Positions 36,165-49,260 are shown, counted from the stretch's first letter. The stretch is 64,000 nt of DNA from Camelus ferus (GCF_009834535.1 NC_045697.1:17238001-17302000); one strand, 5' to 3'. Numbers and translations: made by a program. Notes: generated by a model not told the origin, from the sequence alone.

Positions 36165-37184
36165 GCGTCTAAGAATCCGAAGACAGACGTGAGTAGTTAG
36201 ACATATTGACCCAGGGAGAGAACTGCAGGAGAGGAGGCTGGACATCCTGCAGGACTTTGAAGACCATGATGAGGAGTTTGGGTTTAAATCTGTAAATAAG
36301 GGAAAGCCACAAGAGACATTTAACTGGAAGGTGGTTGATCCAATGACCATATGGCAATGTTCACTCTGGTCCTTGGTCATGAACTAGTTAGATGGGAGCA
36401 ACACAGAAGGTGGGCAGATCCAGGAGGAGGACACTGGCAGTCCAGGATCGGACCAGGGGATGGCAGAGAAGACGGAAGGAACAGACTGACTCGGAAGCAG
36501 AATTGACCGCACTTGGTGATGGCTTTGATGTGGAGGAACAGGGAAAGAGAGGACAATTTCTTGGATTTCAGCCTAAGCAGCAAGATAGAATTACTGAGAT
36601 AATAAAAGACTAAGTAAGAAACAGATGTGAGTTGGGGTTGGGGTGAAGGGAGAAGAGCATTATCCCATTCTCTCTGGAGTAGGGATTTTCCACCAGAGAT
36701 GAGGGTATGATCCTGGAGGGAAAAACCTATGTTCCTACTGATAACAACCCATACAACTGGCTGAAAACAAGCACCCAAAGTTCCAGTCCCCATCAATCCT
36801 CCCAGTTGAGCCTTACTCATGGCAAGAAAGTTTACTCCCAATGATCCTGCTGCAATTTTTAATTCATCCTACTTGTGTTTTAGAATTACCGTAGCAGTGA
36901 AATTTATATTCAACAGCATTCCTACAATTTTCGGCTGCTAATGAAATTATTGTTTCTGTTTGTGATGTGTTTTGGAGCTATAACGATATAAATTTCCTCT
37001 CAAAAAATACCACTACCATGTTGATGTCCTCAAAACCTGCCATAAATGACAAATTGCAGAATGCCTGTGAGCAATTCAATGCTCTTCTTGGAAAAGCTGG
37101 GTTTTCTGTTTCTTTCATGGTGGGACCTAGGTCCTTTAGCAGGAAAGAATTGAAATACTACAGGTTGAAACTCACAGGCCAGAA

Positions 37185-37472
37185 CTGTAGTCTCCAAACA
37201 TTGTTTTGATCCTGTGCCTCATTAATAAAATAAAAAATAAAATTGAGCACAAATCCCCAGAATGCATTGAATTTACAGTAAAATGTGATATAGTTTAATT
37301 ATAAATTACTTCTTCTGCACTAATATATTATACACATTACAATGGATGAACCAAAAGAACTTGAAGAGGATGAGACACAAAATAAAAAGACACTGAAATT
37401 CTAGTATCTTCTTCCCTTTTCCCACTGCCCTCAACACCTGGGTAAATGCCCAGCAGCTTAGAAAGAACAGCC
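37185..37472. mobile_element. hAT-Charlie-like MITE
   Basis: 'gtagtctccaaac...ttgagcac...tgcactaatatattatacacatta...aggatgaga...ttctagtatcttcttccc'; subfamily uncertain. Confidence 0.5.
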
Positions 37473-38824
37473 TAGAATACTGTCCTTCCCCTCAACACTC
37501 ACCCTCCATCTCTGATTCATATCCATCCTCCTCATTCTTTGAGAGAACTTCTCCCATGATGGATTCCCACCTCCTGGGGCTAAATGCAGCCCCTAAGGGA
37601 AGACTTCAGTACAGAGGACTTGTGAGGACCACCTTCATCTGTTTTAACTGGGGGATTTCTGAGTGAGAATTTTAACTGAAAAAAGGGATCTGTAGTCAAT
37701 AATCTGGTTTGAAAATCACTACTCTGCAGACCAGCCAGGACTCCTTGGGTTAGAAGTAGTCTGTGTGCTCCCTTCCATTCTCTGTACTTGCTGTAACTTC
37801 TTCCTGTTTTCTTCTTGACTCCTTCCCAGTTCCAGGCGAGAAGTCATTAAAGGGGCCTCCAATGCGTATTTATAAATGGTCAGCTGGTATCAGGCAGACA
37901 CTCACACCTAGGGGCGATATGGCCACCATCTGGGTGTTCTCACAACTGCTTTCACATGAAAAATAAAAAATGTTTCCAGAAGAAAACAGGAAACATTCCA
38001 AGACAGCATCAGATAGCTTCGCATCAACAGGCATAAGGACCCTGCGGTCACTCTGTAGAGACCCCTGTTAAAACTGCTCTGATCTTTCCCATCAAAGTTC
38101 CAAGACAGAGCCCAGTAAAATGATCCATTTACTCAAACAGCCCCTGGAGTTCTAAGGCTAGATCTGCTATTAATTTACCAACCAGGCATGGCCAAGTGAC
38201 CCAACTTTCTGGGCCATACCTCCATGGAGATGTTTTCCCCAGAAGGAATTCTTCCACGAGAGGAGCTGCCTCCGTCTCTCACTCTGACCGTCTCTCCTCC
38301 TTATCCAACCTGCTTTGGAGAACATTCCTAATCTTCTGATCCCTGTTCAGATCTCTTGCCCTACAGCAAATCCAAAGAGAGGTCTCTCTCCCCCAGGGGT
38401 TCCTAGAACAATGGTTATCTGTGTGATTCATTTGATAGTTAATTCTAGGAGGCCTGCTACTGTTGCTCTAAACTGTTGTTTAAATATTGTGGTGGTGAAC
38501 TTCTCATACATTGTTCCAGTATATCCCAAGGTAGACCAGTAGCGTCCTCAGGCAAGAACTTCTGCACATCTTTCCATAGGAAACAACATGGCACTTAACA
38601 CATAGGAAGACCCAGGAGAGATTTGCTGAATTCCACGTGCTTCCAAGCTAATTGTCAGTTTCTTTTAAATCCTGTGAAAGGGAAGAGCAGGACCCACCTG
38701 GTGGGGCCAGGCTGAGGAGTGAGTCAGCCACCTGACACTTGGCACAGGCCACAAATCAGAAATTACCAGCCCCAAACACATTCATCTCACAGATGCATTT
38801 GATAGCATTGATTAACTTTAAATT

Positions 38825-39148
38825 ATTTTTTTACTTTGTTTTGCATTCTTTTTTATTGAAGTATAGTCAGTTTATAATGTTGTGTCAATTTTGGTGTACA
38901 GCATCATGTTTCAGTCATGTATATGTACATATGTCCGTTTTCATATGCTTTATCATTGTAAGTTACTATAAGATATTGAATATAGTTCAGTGTGCTATAC
39001 AATAGAAACTTGCTGTTTATCTGTTTCATATATAGTAGTTAGTATCTGCAACTCTCGAATTCCCAATTTAATGGAGATACCAGGGACTGAACCCAGGACC
39101 TCATGCATGCTAAGCATGTGCTCTACAATGAGCTATACCCCCTCCCCC
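38825..39148 (-). mobile_element. composite retroposon: tRNA-Ala SINE head fused to L1 3' UTR tail
   Basis: Minus strand reads head (39148 to about 39071, ggggagggggtatagctca...tatctccattaaa), then ttgggaattcgagagttgcagatactaac...gactatacttcaataaaaaa. Single TSD ctttaaatt (38816-38824, 39151-39159). Confidence 0.9.
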
Positions 39149-39202
39149 AGCTTTAAATTTTTAAGTTTTGTTGCCAACATTTAAAAATCAGGTGATGTCA
39201 CA

Positions 39203-39205
<3 letters not shown>

Positions 39206-39238
<33 letters not shown>
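39206..39238. repeat. (CA)n microsatellite
   Basis: About 16 units. Confidence 0.95.
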
Positions 39239-39239
<1 letters not shown>

Positions 39240-40046
39240 GCAATCAAGCTTGGAACACCTACTTTTGTTGAAAACTCAGAGCTCATCACTCTACACGCAT
39301 CCCTACCTGGCAACAATCGATGAGATCTAAGGAGCTGCTGTCTCCTCTGGAGAAGCAGAGAATTTTCTGGTTTGGTGTCCTCAGCATTCCCAAGCTAACT
39401 AACACAATGTCAAGTGGAGATTTGAAACAACATAAAAATTCCTGTTTCTCATAAACACTCATTACTCGTTTGTCAGAGATACATTGCGGAATGGTGGGGA
39501 CTGCGACAAACTGACAAGGACACCATCACCCACTCAGGGCACTCGGTTCATGTCCCTCCCTGCCCTGGCACCTATAGTCACATGCATGTCCCACCCCTCA
39601 TAGGTGCTCCTGACCCACTTCCCCTGCCCTTAAGCTCTTCTTCTAGCTCTGATTTATTCTGTCTTTCAACAACCTAATTGTTTCTCTGTGTCCTTTCATT
39701 TCCCTTTCAGATTTGTATTCCCCTGCCCCTTTCTGCCTGTGGGATCCTGCTGGTAGGACACTTGAATCAGACCTTACCTCATTCTTGGAGTCTAAGCTAC
39801 GGCGGCCTGACGGCTGCAGAGCAAGGAAATAAGCAGTCCAGTCAGGGAAGAGCCGCACCACCCAGAACAAAATTAATTCCCAGGCTTGCTGGACCTGGCA
39901 GGACCAGAGCCACACTCAGGCACGGGCCCCGAGGCACAGGGAAGGGGAGGAGGGACAGCCGCCCCGAATGCGGACTTTGCTGCCTCAGCCCAAGGCTGGC
40001 TTCACATCTGTCATGCCCACACTCTGGCTCTTTGCCAAAGAAAAGA

Positions 40047-40118
40047 AGGAGGGAGGGAGGGTGAGTGGGAGGGAGGGAGGGAGAGAGGGAGGAGGGAAGG
40101 AAGGAAGAGGAGAGGAGA
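40047..40118. repeat. (GGGA)n/(GGAA)n purine tract
   Basis: Near-pure purine low-complexity run. Confidence 0.85.
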
Positions 40119-40708
40119 AAAGACAGACTCAAGAGATCCCAACAGCATGCTCATCATGGAGACAGCCTTAGCCCAGGAGTGTGGTGCTACCTGGTATTAG
40201 CAAAGCTCCAAATGCAAAATTCAGCCTGTCCTTAAAATTCAGTAGTGCTAGAATGAAAAAGAAATGCTTGGCGGAGTTGTGACATTTACGCGGTCATGCA
40301 TTTTTCAACGTATCAGTTATGCAAAGATGTTTATATGCCCTCTCTCCTCAGTCATGTTTCATTTAAATGGAGTGGGAGAAAAATCTTCAAAAAGTTTAAT
40401 TAAATAAAACAGAATTGTGGAAGTCAAAGTTAACAAAAACAGACATGAGAGGTGAAAAAAAAAAGTCGAAACATAAATTACATAAACAATAAGGGAAAAA
40501 TCAAAGGAGAGGAGGAGACTTAATACATATTCTTGTTATCTCTGCCTCTTGCTGTTTCACCTCTAAATGAATTTTCATTGTGTATTATATTTCTAAAAAC
40601 CCAGAAAGAAAAATGTCAGTAGACGACAACATGAAAAGGTTCATGGGAGGCTGAGTTCATCTCAAACCTTTAGCAGCTAAGGAAAAAATTCATTTTAAAG
40701 AGGCAGTT

Positions 40709-40845
40709 TCTAATATCTTGTAATAACCTTTAATGAAAAAGAATATGAAAACAAATATATGTACGTATATGCATGACTGGGACATTATGCTGTACACCAG
40801 AAACTGACACATTGTAACTGACTATACTTCAATACAAAAAAAAAA
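40709..40845 (+). mobile_element. short 5'-truncated young L1
   Basis: 'aatatcttgtaataacctttaatgaaaaagaatatg...tgctgtacaccagaaactgacacattgtaactgactatacttcaat' plus poly(A). Perfect TSD aaagaggcagtt (40697-40708, 40846-40857) after a T run, as expected for an L1 endonuclease site. Confidence 0.9.
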
Positions 40846-42154
40846 AAAGAGGCAGTTAATTTTTAAAAAAAATAGGTAGGAAAAAAATGTGGAAATGCAC
40901 AGATAGTTTCATTATCTTAGGAGCCCGCAAGATGAAGTTCAAAAAGGTCTAATAGAAACCCCTGACAAATTCAAGATCATCCGTTTTGTTCCTATGTTCA
41001 CACATAACAGCTTTAATATGGAAGATAATGACCTTAACTTGGGTAATCCATTTGTTGACAGCAGGTGATAATTCGGCCTTCCTGATAATAATCTGTTTTT
41101 TTGGCAAACAAGGGAGAGGGCTATTTGCCACATACATTTATTTTTATGGGGAGGACATGTTTTATAAAGCTGGATGTGGGACAGTACAGGTGTGAAATTA
41201 ATTGTCCAAGTTGCAAAATATGTTAGGGATGGTATGTTAAATCTATGGCACACAGTGGCCCTGACATGATTAAACGTTCGCTTCTATTAAGTCACCACAA
41301 GCCTGTATTTCCAATTATGGTGGTGAACTGCTTTCTGCTGAGTGGATTAGCTTAGTACTTCATTCTGCTGGTAGTTTTATGATCTGAGATCTTTAATTTT
41401 CCCAATTCAACTCAGGGCTGCAAAGACAAGCTGCCTGACTTTTAAATAATATATTCCCCCTTTAAATTTCTGCCTCCTACCATTTCCTAAGAGTGCCATT
41501 TCCTGTCACCATAATTATAACAATTTGTATGTAGTTCCTGGGATCACATTTCTAATTGAGTCCTAAATTGGTTAACCTCATGAAGTTATTAATATGCTTT
41601 TTTAACCTGCACAAATTATATATTTGTCTGGTTGGTCAAATAATGTTCATTATCACATACATTTCTTGCCTCTCTTCCTTCAGTTTTAAGGTCACTATTT
41701 TAGTCCTCGGAGTGTACGTCTTTTTTTTTTTTTTTTTTTTTAATACGCTAAAAATTACAGAACCATAAGAATTGGAAAGAAGGACTGGGTTAGGGACTAG
41801 TGAGAGCAAAGGCTTAGTGAAATGAGAGCTCACATAGCACTGGAACACTAGGAAATAGCTCTGGCGCTGGGGGAGGGGGCAGAGAGGTAGGAAGAGCTGG
41901 AACCCAAAAGCTCAGGTGACCCAACCAGGTCCTGAAGGGCTGTTCCAAGGCGTGTGAGAGAAGGAGTCAGCTCTGCAGGTCTTCTACTGATAATCCCTCC
42001 AGAAAACACCCCCGTGACCAAATGACCAGCTCTTCACAAAACACCCATAAGTGTTAGGACATTCCCCCGCCCCATCTTCTTGGCCCAATACCTGTGCAGT
42101 CAGTGGCATTCACAGGTATAAACATTAAGTAAAATCTCAAGACTGAGTGTCTCC

Positions 42155-42167
42155 TTGTTTTTTGGTG

Positions 42168-42198
<31 letters not shown>

Positions 42199-42332
42199 GG
42201 CCGGAGTGGGGGGTAATTAGGTTTATTTATTTCTTTTATAGTTTTTTTTTTTTTCAATGGAGGTACTGGAGATTGAATCCAGGACCTTGTGCATGCTAAG
42301 CATGCACTCTGTCACCGAGCTATACCTCCCCC
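42155..42332 (-). mobile_element. camelid tRNA-Ala-derived SINE (long-tail form)
   Basis: Reverse of gggggaggtatagctcggtgacagagtgcatgcttagcatgcacaaggtcctggattcaatc...cctaattaccccc plus long poly(A). Short TSD tgtctc. Confidence 0.92.
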
Positions 42333-42904
42333 TGTCTCTGCGATCTGAGGATTCATATAACCTCCTCTCTCTGACTGGTCTTTTATGTAAATGTTTCCTA
42401 AATCATGTGTCAGTAGGCCTGGGCTGATCTAAAATCAGTACCTTCACACTTCCTTTTTGTCTATGATGACAAACCAGATGGTCAGTAATGGATTACTGTG
42501 TTTTAGTGGGGCTCTGCTCAGAATACCAACATTTTAAAATAACTATTTAATAAATAAATATTAAATATATTTAATAAAACATAATTTATTATTATAAAAT
42601 AATAACAATTTGCATCTCCATCAGATTCAATTCTTCTAAACCTCTTAAGAAATGTGTCAGTGTTTGTTAAGCCTTGAACTTAAAGCATTTCAATGTAAAA
42701 GCATATTTGTGGCTCTTCTAAAGTCCTCAAATTTAGGTGAGTAAAAGGGACATGAAACTACCAGAAAATTCCACCATTATGCACTTCTGGGTTTACTGGG
42801 CAGGAAAAGATTGCACACCTTCGCCAAATACATTCTGATAATCTGGAGAACATGGCTGGCTAAAAGATATTCGTTCAGTATCATTGAAATGATTCAGTCT
42901 AGAC

Positions 42905-43252
42905 TGTTAGGATCTGAATGTGTCTCCCCAAAATTCATCTGTTGAAATCCTACCCCGCAATGTGATGGTATTTGGAGGTGGGGTCTTTGGAAGGTGATTA
43001 GGTCACAAGGATGGAGCCCTCATGAATAGGACTAGTGCCTTTATAAAAGGGATCCCTCGTTTTTTTATCTGGTGAGGACAGGTTGAGAGGATGGCCATCT
43101 ATGAACCAGGAATCGGATCCTCACCAGGCACCCACCCGCCGGCACCTTGACCTTTGACTTCCAGCCTCCAGAACTGTGAGAAATAAATGCTTGTTGTTTA
43201 CATTATCCAGTCTGCGGTATTTTTATTATAGCAATCGGAGTGGACTAAGGCA
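42905..43252 (+). mobile_element. MLT1A-type MaLR solo LTR
   Basis: tgttaggatctgaatgtgtctccccaaaattcat...gacttccagcctccagaactgtgagaaataaatg...ggactaaggca. Confidence 0.88.
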
Positions 43253-43394
43253 GGGGTCAAGCAGTTTTTGCTCCACACATTTTCAATCACCCAACAGTAT
43301 CCATTTCTGGAACCTGGCATACGCCAAAGCCAGGACAAGAAAGAGAGCAGCTGAATTTCCCTCCACATCCTCCTCAACACTTAACCTTCTTTTT

Positions 43395-43600
43395 TTATAA
43401 CAGTCCTCCTACAAGGTGTGTTATAACACCTAACTGTAGTTTTGATTTGCCTTTCCCTGAGATTACTAACGCTGGGCCACCGACAGACCTGTTGGCCATT
43501 TGTATGTCTTCTTTGGGGAAATGTCTATTCACGTCTCTAGCCCATTAAAATCTGGTTATTAGTTTTTGCTACTGAGTTGTAGGAGTCCCTTATATATTTT
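43395..43600 (-). mobile_element. L1M ORF2 fragment
   Basis: 'gttttgatttgcctttccctga...ttggccatttgtatgtcttctttggggaaatgtctattca...tgagttgtaggagt...ttatatatt'. Confidence 0.75.
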
Positions 43601-43723
43601 AATTCCCTCAAGAAGAAGGAAGAGACAAAGACACTTTTTGCATGATAACCACACAAAGGGGTGCTAAGGAGAGGGCCATATGGCCAGAAAGGAAGGTGAA
43701 AACTCTCAGAATAGATAAGAGGG

Positions 43724-44063
43724 TGTGATGGACTGAATGTTTGTTTCTCCTCAAAATTCATATGCTGAAATATAATTCTCAGCATGACAGTACTAGGAGG
43801 TGGGGCCTTGGGGAGGTATTAAGTCTTGAAGGTGAAGCCCCCATGATGGCATTAGTGCCCTTACAACTAGAGGAAGAGACCAGAGGTCTGTCTTTCAGGC
43901 ATGTGAGGATGCAACCCAGAAGAGAGCTCTCACCAGAACCCAGCCCTGCCGGCACCCTGATCTGGGATCTCCAGCCTCCAGAACTGTAAGAAATGAATTT
44001 CTATTGTTTATAAGTTACCCAGTGTATCCTTCTTCATTAGAGGAGTCCAAACTCATTAAAACA
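43724..44063 (+). mobile_element. MLT1A-type MaLR solo LTR
   Basis: tgtgatggactgaatgtttgt...ctccagcctccagaactgtaagaaat...ttaaaaca. 5-bp TSD gaggg/gatgg. Confidence 0.88.
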
Positions 44064-45149
44064 GATGGGAGACGTTAAACTGACTAGAGAGCTTTATTCT
44101 ACAAGTGAAAATCTGACCAGTGCACGTAAGACACCTCCTTCTACTGCAGGGCCGTCCATCAGCCACAGGCAGCATCTCTTCTCCAGCTGCTGCTACCCCA
44201 CCACGGCATTCCTCCAATCCCCCTCGGAGACAATCCTGAACTCTCCACAGGCAGCCAGCTGTCCCGGCCCCACCAGTGCCCTCTCACCCTCTCCACGACA
44301 TGACCAGAAACACTCTCCTCCCTCCACTGCCAGGTGGTCCAAGGTGTGGAGAAATCAAAGATGGCTCTTCGGCACAAAAGAACTACAATGGTCCCATCCG
44401 TCATAGTCCAGCCCAGCACCGCTGAATAGATGGATGAGGGGCCACATTAACCATGCCCCACCCTCAACCACCACCACAAACCAGGACCAAGCAGGTGACC
44501 CCTGGGGCTGAGTCAAACAGAACTCCCCCCTGGGAAACCGAACAAAGGTAGAGAAGGAACATCGGTTGGGATGGGGCACTGGGGCTGAGCAGGGAGGATG
44601 TGGAATCAGGACCGGCAGCCATTTAGGCTGAATCTTAGGCCGCGTAAGTCATGGGAGAAAGAGGCTCCTCAGACAGTGGGCACGGAGCCCTTGTCTCATC
44701 TCTGCAGAGCCCAGTCCTGCTTCACTTTCTTGAGTCCCATGATAGGTCTGGATCCTCACCCCACACGCGCACATGTGTGTGTGTGTGTTTCCTGAGTAGG
44801 TTTTCTTCCTGGCAAACAAAAGGAGGAAACACTGGCATGAAGCAGCCCCAGGAGACATCTTTTCCGACAGAACATCTGAGGCAATGACCAGCAACTTCTA
44901 AAATCTCCAGCACCAAGCCCTTTTTCAAACTGGGCAATTGTTCATCACAGTAACCAACAAAACAGAGGTCGGCTCATTTAAACATTAAAAACACTTGTTT
45001 CTAAACACACTAAAGGGTTCTCACGGATGCAGAGTGTGTCCACTGGAGTTGCATCCTTCTCACTACCACTGGAATCCAACCAATCACAGACATCCATGGG
45101 CATCTGCCCTGAATATGTAACTTAACCTTTATCCGCCCTTTAACGTGTG

Positions 45150-45932
45150 AGGAGCACACTTCAGGTTGGTCATCTGCACTATTCACCAGACACTTGGATG
45201 TCCTCACAACACAGGCAAACAGAGGCAGCTGCCAAAACTCTTCTCTGTTTAAGGTCACAACTCTCCATCTTTTGTCCCTGCCTCCACTCTCTCTCCCATC
45301 TTTTTCACACAAGAGCCCCCAACTGTTCACTCCTGCCCCTGATTCACTCTGGCCTCTGCCAGAGCCCTTCCTCCTCCTCCTCCTCGAAGCAGCCAGAGTG
45401 ACCTTTTGCAAACATAAATCAGGCCATGTCCCTCCCCTGCTTAAAAGTTTTCAGTGAATTCTCATATCACTGGGGCTGAATTCTAAACCTCACACATTCC
45501 ACCTGCAGCCCAGTGGGATCAGGGCTCCAATACCTCTATCCTCGACTCTGACCACACCCCTCACCCACCCAGCTCCAGCCACACGGGAAGCACTTTCCAC
45601 TTCCGTCCAGCCACAGAGTCCCACGAGGCCTGCACGGGGGTCTTCCTTTGACCACCCCTAGGCTGAACACTGCCCCATCTTTCACACACCCCACCCTGCC
45701 CCTGTCCATCCCATCACATTGCCCTTTTCATCATCTTCATAATCCTTATCGCTTTCAGAAATTATCTTGTGCCTGCAGCTGATTTCATTGTTTTTATTCC
45801 GTCTCCACCTGCAAGATGACAAATGCCACCAAAGGGCCCGGGCCATTTTTCCTTGCTCACAGCTACCTATTCAGGCTCTAAAGCAGCGTCTGGAACATGA
45901 TCAAGCCTCCAAAACTATTTGTGGAAAGAACG
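45150..45932 (+). mobile_element. L2 3' region
   Basis: 'gcagccagagtgacctttt...aaatcaggccatgtccctcccctgcttaaaa...ttgctcacagct...tctggaacat...tatttgtggaaagaacga'. Confidence 0.75.
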
Positions 45933-46599
45933 ATCCTCTAACTCGAGATTGAAAGAGATACAGTTTTTCAGGTAGTTTTGCTCAAAAGATTTGTTTCTCA
46001 TTTATAAGCCCCAAATACTAATTTCTACCTTTATTACTTTTTCCACTGATAATGGAAATAATAGTCACCATTTGGTTTCGAAATACCACTCTATGTTAAA
46101 TACCTGCACAATCTGCATTTATTATAGGTCAACCAAAAAAGAGCTGGATATTACCTGTCTCCTATAATTGGATTGTATTTTCTGAAGAATCATGTTATTC
46201 TGCAGTTTTACCTTCTAATTTTCTTTGGTATTACATGTTTTTATTCTCTGCAAATAAATGGGCAATTTTTTCCATTTTGTTTGCAAACCAGAAAACACAA
46301 TATTAAATTCTGAAGCAGACAACAGAACTTCTAGAAATAACCTGACTAGTATGTATTAGTGCATAAGGCTTCTCAATGAAAGAATAAATGTGTTTGTTCC
46401 TAGAAAAGATTTTTACTGAAACTCACCTCATGTTCTGCGGGAAAAAAATACAGAAGCGGACAGAGAAAACGGGGTCAAATGAATAAGATGGTTTCCCGGA
46501 AACTGTCTCTTACAAACCTGGTTAGCATCTGTTCACACATGCCGCACCCATCTCTCTATCCCTCTGTTATAGTAAAACATCATCACTGAAGTTTCTGTT

Positions 46600-46730
46600 T
46601 GCTTCCCACATGCCAAGCACCGTTCTAAGCTTTTCACTTTTACTATCTCATTTAACTCTTAGAATAACCGCAGAAGGTAGATAGATGTTACAACGTCCAT
46701 TTTACAGATCAGAAAACTGAAAGTAACTTG
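46600..46730 (-). mobile_element. MIR
   Basis: 'atgccaagcaccgttctaagc...tatctcatttaactct...ccattttacagatcagaaaactga'. Confidence 0.7.
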
Positions 46731-47858
46731 TAGAGCTGGCTGTAAAATCCCAAAGCTTCCCCATCATACTATACTTGGATTTCTTTCTAGAACATCTATA
46801 TGGATAGATTTCAATTTGCAGAGCCCAAAACTTTGAAGCAGCATAGACTTCTTATACAAATCGGCCTGAGAATATATAAATGTTGCAGACATTCTTGCCT
46901 TCCCAGTAAAAATGGAGAAATCTGAAGCCTGAATTATACCCACTAGTAAAAAATGATGACAGAATTAATAACTACTGTGTTGAATTCATCATTACAAGTA
47001 ACCTTTCTCGCTTCCCTTGATTTCATAAACACTGCATATTAAGTCTGGGCCAGATGCCTACAGACATCTTTGAAGACAGTATTTCATCCTCTGAATATTT
47101 GGCCATCTGAATAAAAAAAAAAAAAAAGCTTGTTCCAAATTCCTCACCCTTGTAAATGTTTTTAAGACTTAATGGAAACACAGTTCCATGCCTGTTACTG
47201 CCTCTCAAATGACCACTCACAAAGGCCTCTTCTGTTATAAGAGACTTTCTCACAATCCAAAATCTGTCCAAGAAAACAGTTATTTCTTTCCATAACTCTT
47301 CTGGGTCTGCTCAAAGATCAGAAACTACAGGGAATTTGATTAGAATCACAAATAGATCTAAGAGTAATAGTAAAGGATGATAACTGAGCTATAATAATCA
47401 GCACTTCCGCTTGGGTTCCTAATCAAATAATTCTTTGATTTTCATGACTTCGTTTAATCTATAATACTCCTTCCCACTACATACCATAAACTTTGATTTC
47501 ATGTTTGCACAAAAATGAATACAGTATCTATATTTCTCATGTACTTATTGACTAGAATTAAGTTCACTATAAAATAAGAATTTTTAAAGTTTTCTTAAAT
47601 GCTCACGGCTCATCATATTCTTCTACACTAGCTACAGAAAATCATATGACTATTCCTTTTTAGACTACAGAACATCTTTTTTAAATGCTGGCCAACATCT
47701 AAATCAGGCAAGACCCTAATGGCATTTTCAATGAGTCTCTTCTACATATGTACGTAGGTCAGTTACTTATTTATTTTCAGTCCAGTCCTTCTGCCTGCAT
47801 TTCAGTCATTAACATTCTATACCACAAAGTGCCTCGTGGGACAAAGAGGGTTGAACTG

Positions 47859-48218
47859 TGTGATGGTTAGTTTTATTTGTTAACTTAGCTGGGCCACGGT
47901 ACCCAGATATTAGTCTGGATGTTTCTGTGAAGGGCTTTTTTGGATGAGATTAACATGTATATTGGTGACTGTGAGTGAAACAGATTGCCCTCCATAGTGT
48001 GAGTGGGTCTCATCCAATCAGTTGAAGGCCTTAATAGACAAAGACTGACCTCCTTAGGCAAGAATTCTGCCATCAGATGGCCTTAGGATTCCAATGGCAA
48101 CTCTTCACTGGGTCTCCAGCCTGCTGACCTGCTCTGCAGAGTTTGGGCTTACCAGGACTCTACACGTACATGAACCACTTACTTAAAATACGTTCTCTCC
48201 CTCTCTCTCTCTGCTACT

Positions 48219-48265
<47 letters not shown>

Positions 48266-48316
48266 AACACACACACCCTGTTGGTCTGTTCTGTTTCTGT
48301 GGAAAACCCTAATATA
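47859..48316 (+). mobile_element. MLT2B-type ERVL solo LTR with internal (CT)n/(CA)n
   Basis: tgtgatggttagttttat...gctgggccacggtacccagatatt...ctcatccaatcagttgaaggccttaataga...ttctgtttctgtggaaaaccctaatata. TSD aactg/gactg. Confidence 0.88.
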
Positions 48317-48655
48317 GACTGGTTCAGAGAAGTCTACCATTGCTGTCATTTGCAACACAGTCTCCACTTTTCTTTCTTTAGTTAACAAAACATGTTCTAA
48401 TTGTGCATGTGACTCTGACAAGTTCTATTCCTTCAACCACATCCTTCAACCATTCCGCACTAGTTACAACATGACTTTGGGTGAAGGCTAGAATTGTCTC
48501 ACTTCCTTGTTCAAGGTCAGCCAAAAGGCACTTGGCTGCAAAATTCACCACCCTTTTCTAAATTATAAATCTTGAGATCACTGTTTCTGGAGGACCATTT
48601 CCCTGGGGCCTCCAGGAAAAAGATAACTTTACTTATTTTTTTTATAAGCTGGCAG

Positions 48656-48770
48656 GCATTCATTCAAATTAACCACTGATGCTTAAGGGTCTACTATTCT
48701 ACGTGTTGGACACACGAAGTGAGCTACCCTCACGGAGCTTACAGTCTAGTAAAGAAGACATTAAAAAATG
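48656..48770 (-). mobile_element. L2 3' fragment
   Basis: 'cattcattcaa...ctactat...ccctcacggagcttacagtctagt'. Confidence 0.55.
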
Positions 48771-48881
48771 TCAAAAAATATATCATTTGGCATTAACAAC
48801 CCTAACAAAGGGTCTGAGATTTCAGTCCTACTGCTGTAATAACGCCATTTGAGAATGAGGTGAAGGGTGGTGGAGGGACAT

Positions 48882-49260
48882 TGTTACAGCTTGAATTGTG
48901 TGCTTCCCCCCAAAAAAATTCATGATGAAATCCTAACCCTTAGAAACTCTAAATGTGACTCTATCTGAAGATAGGGTCTTACGGATATGATTAAATTAAA
49001 ATGAGGCCCTTAGGACGGGCCCTAATCCAATATGACTGATGTCCTTATAAGAGGAGGAAAATTTGGACACAGACATAGAGGGAAGACAGCTACATGGAAG
49101 CCTGCGAGAGAGGCCTGCAACAGGTCCTTCCCTCGTGGCCCTCAGAAGGAGCCAAGCCTGCTGGCAATTTGATCTCGGGCTCCTAAAACTGTGAGAAAGT
49201 GAGTGCTTCAGCCACCAAGTTCATGGTACTTTGTTACAGCGGCCCTGGCCAACTAACACA
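48882..49260 (+). mobile_element. MLT1B-type MaLR solo LTR
   Basis: tgttacagcttgaattgtgt...gggccctaatccaatatgactgatgtccttataagaggagg...ggtactttgttacagcggccct...aactaacaca. Confidence 0.88.

Larger units (their letters stand above)
35475..36660 (-). mobile_element. L2 remnant, interrupted by a MER91-like element and an MLT1 LTR
   Basis: 'ggatggtcagggaggagctctc...aggccccagggctggcaag' resumes after 36165 as 'gaccatgatgaggagtttgggttt...gggaaagcca...cacttggtgatggctttgatgtgg'. Confidence 0.65.
38745..39380. mobile_element. MER102-like hAT-Charlie remnant, split by the composite SINE
   Basis: 'ttgccaacatttaaaaatcaggtgatgtcaca...ttgaaaactcaga...tggcaacaat...gctgctgtctcct'. Confidence 0.45.
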
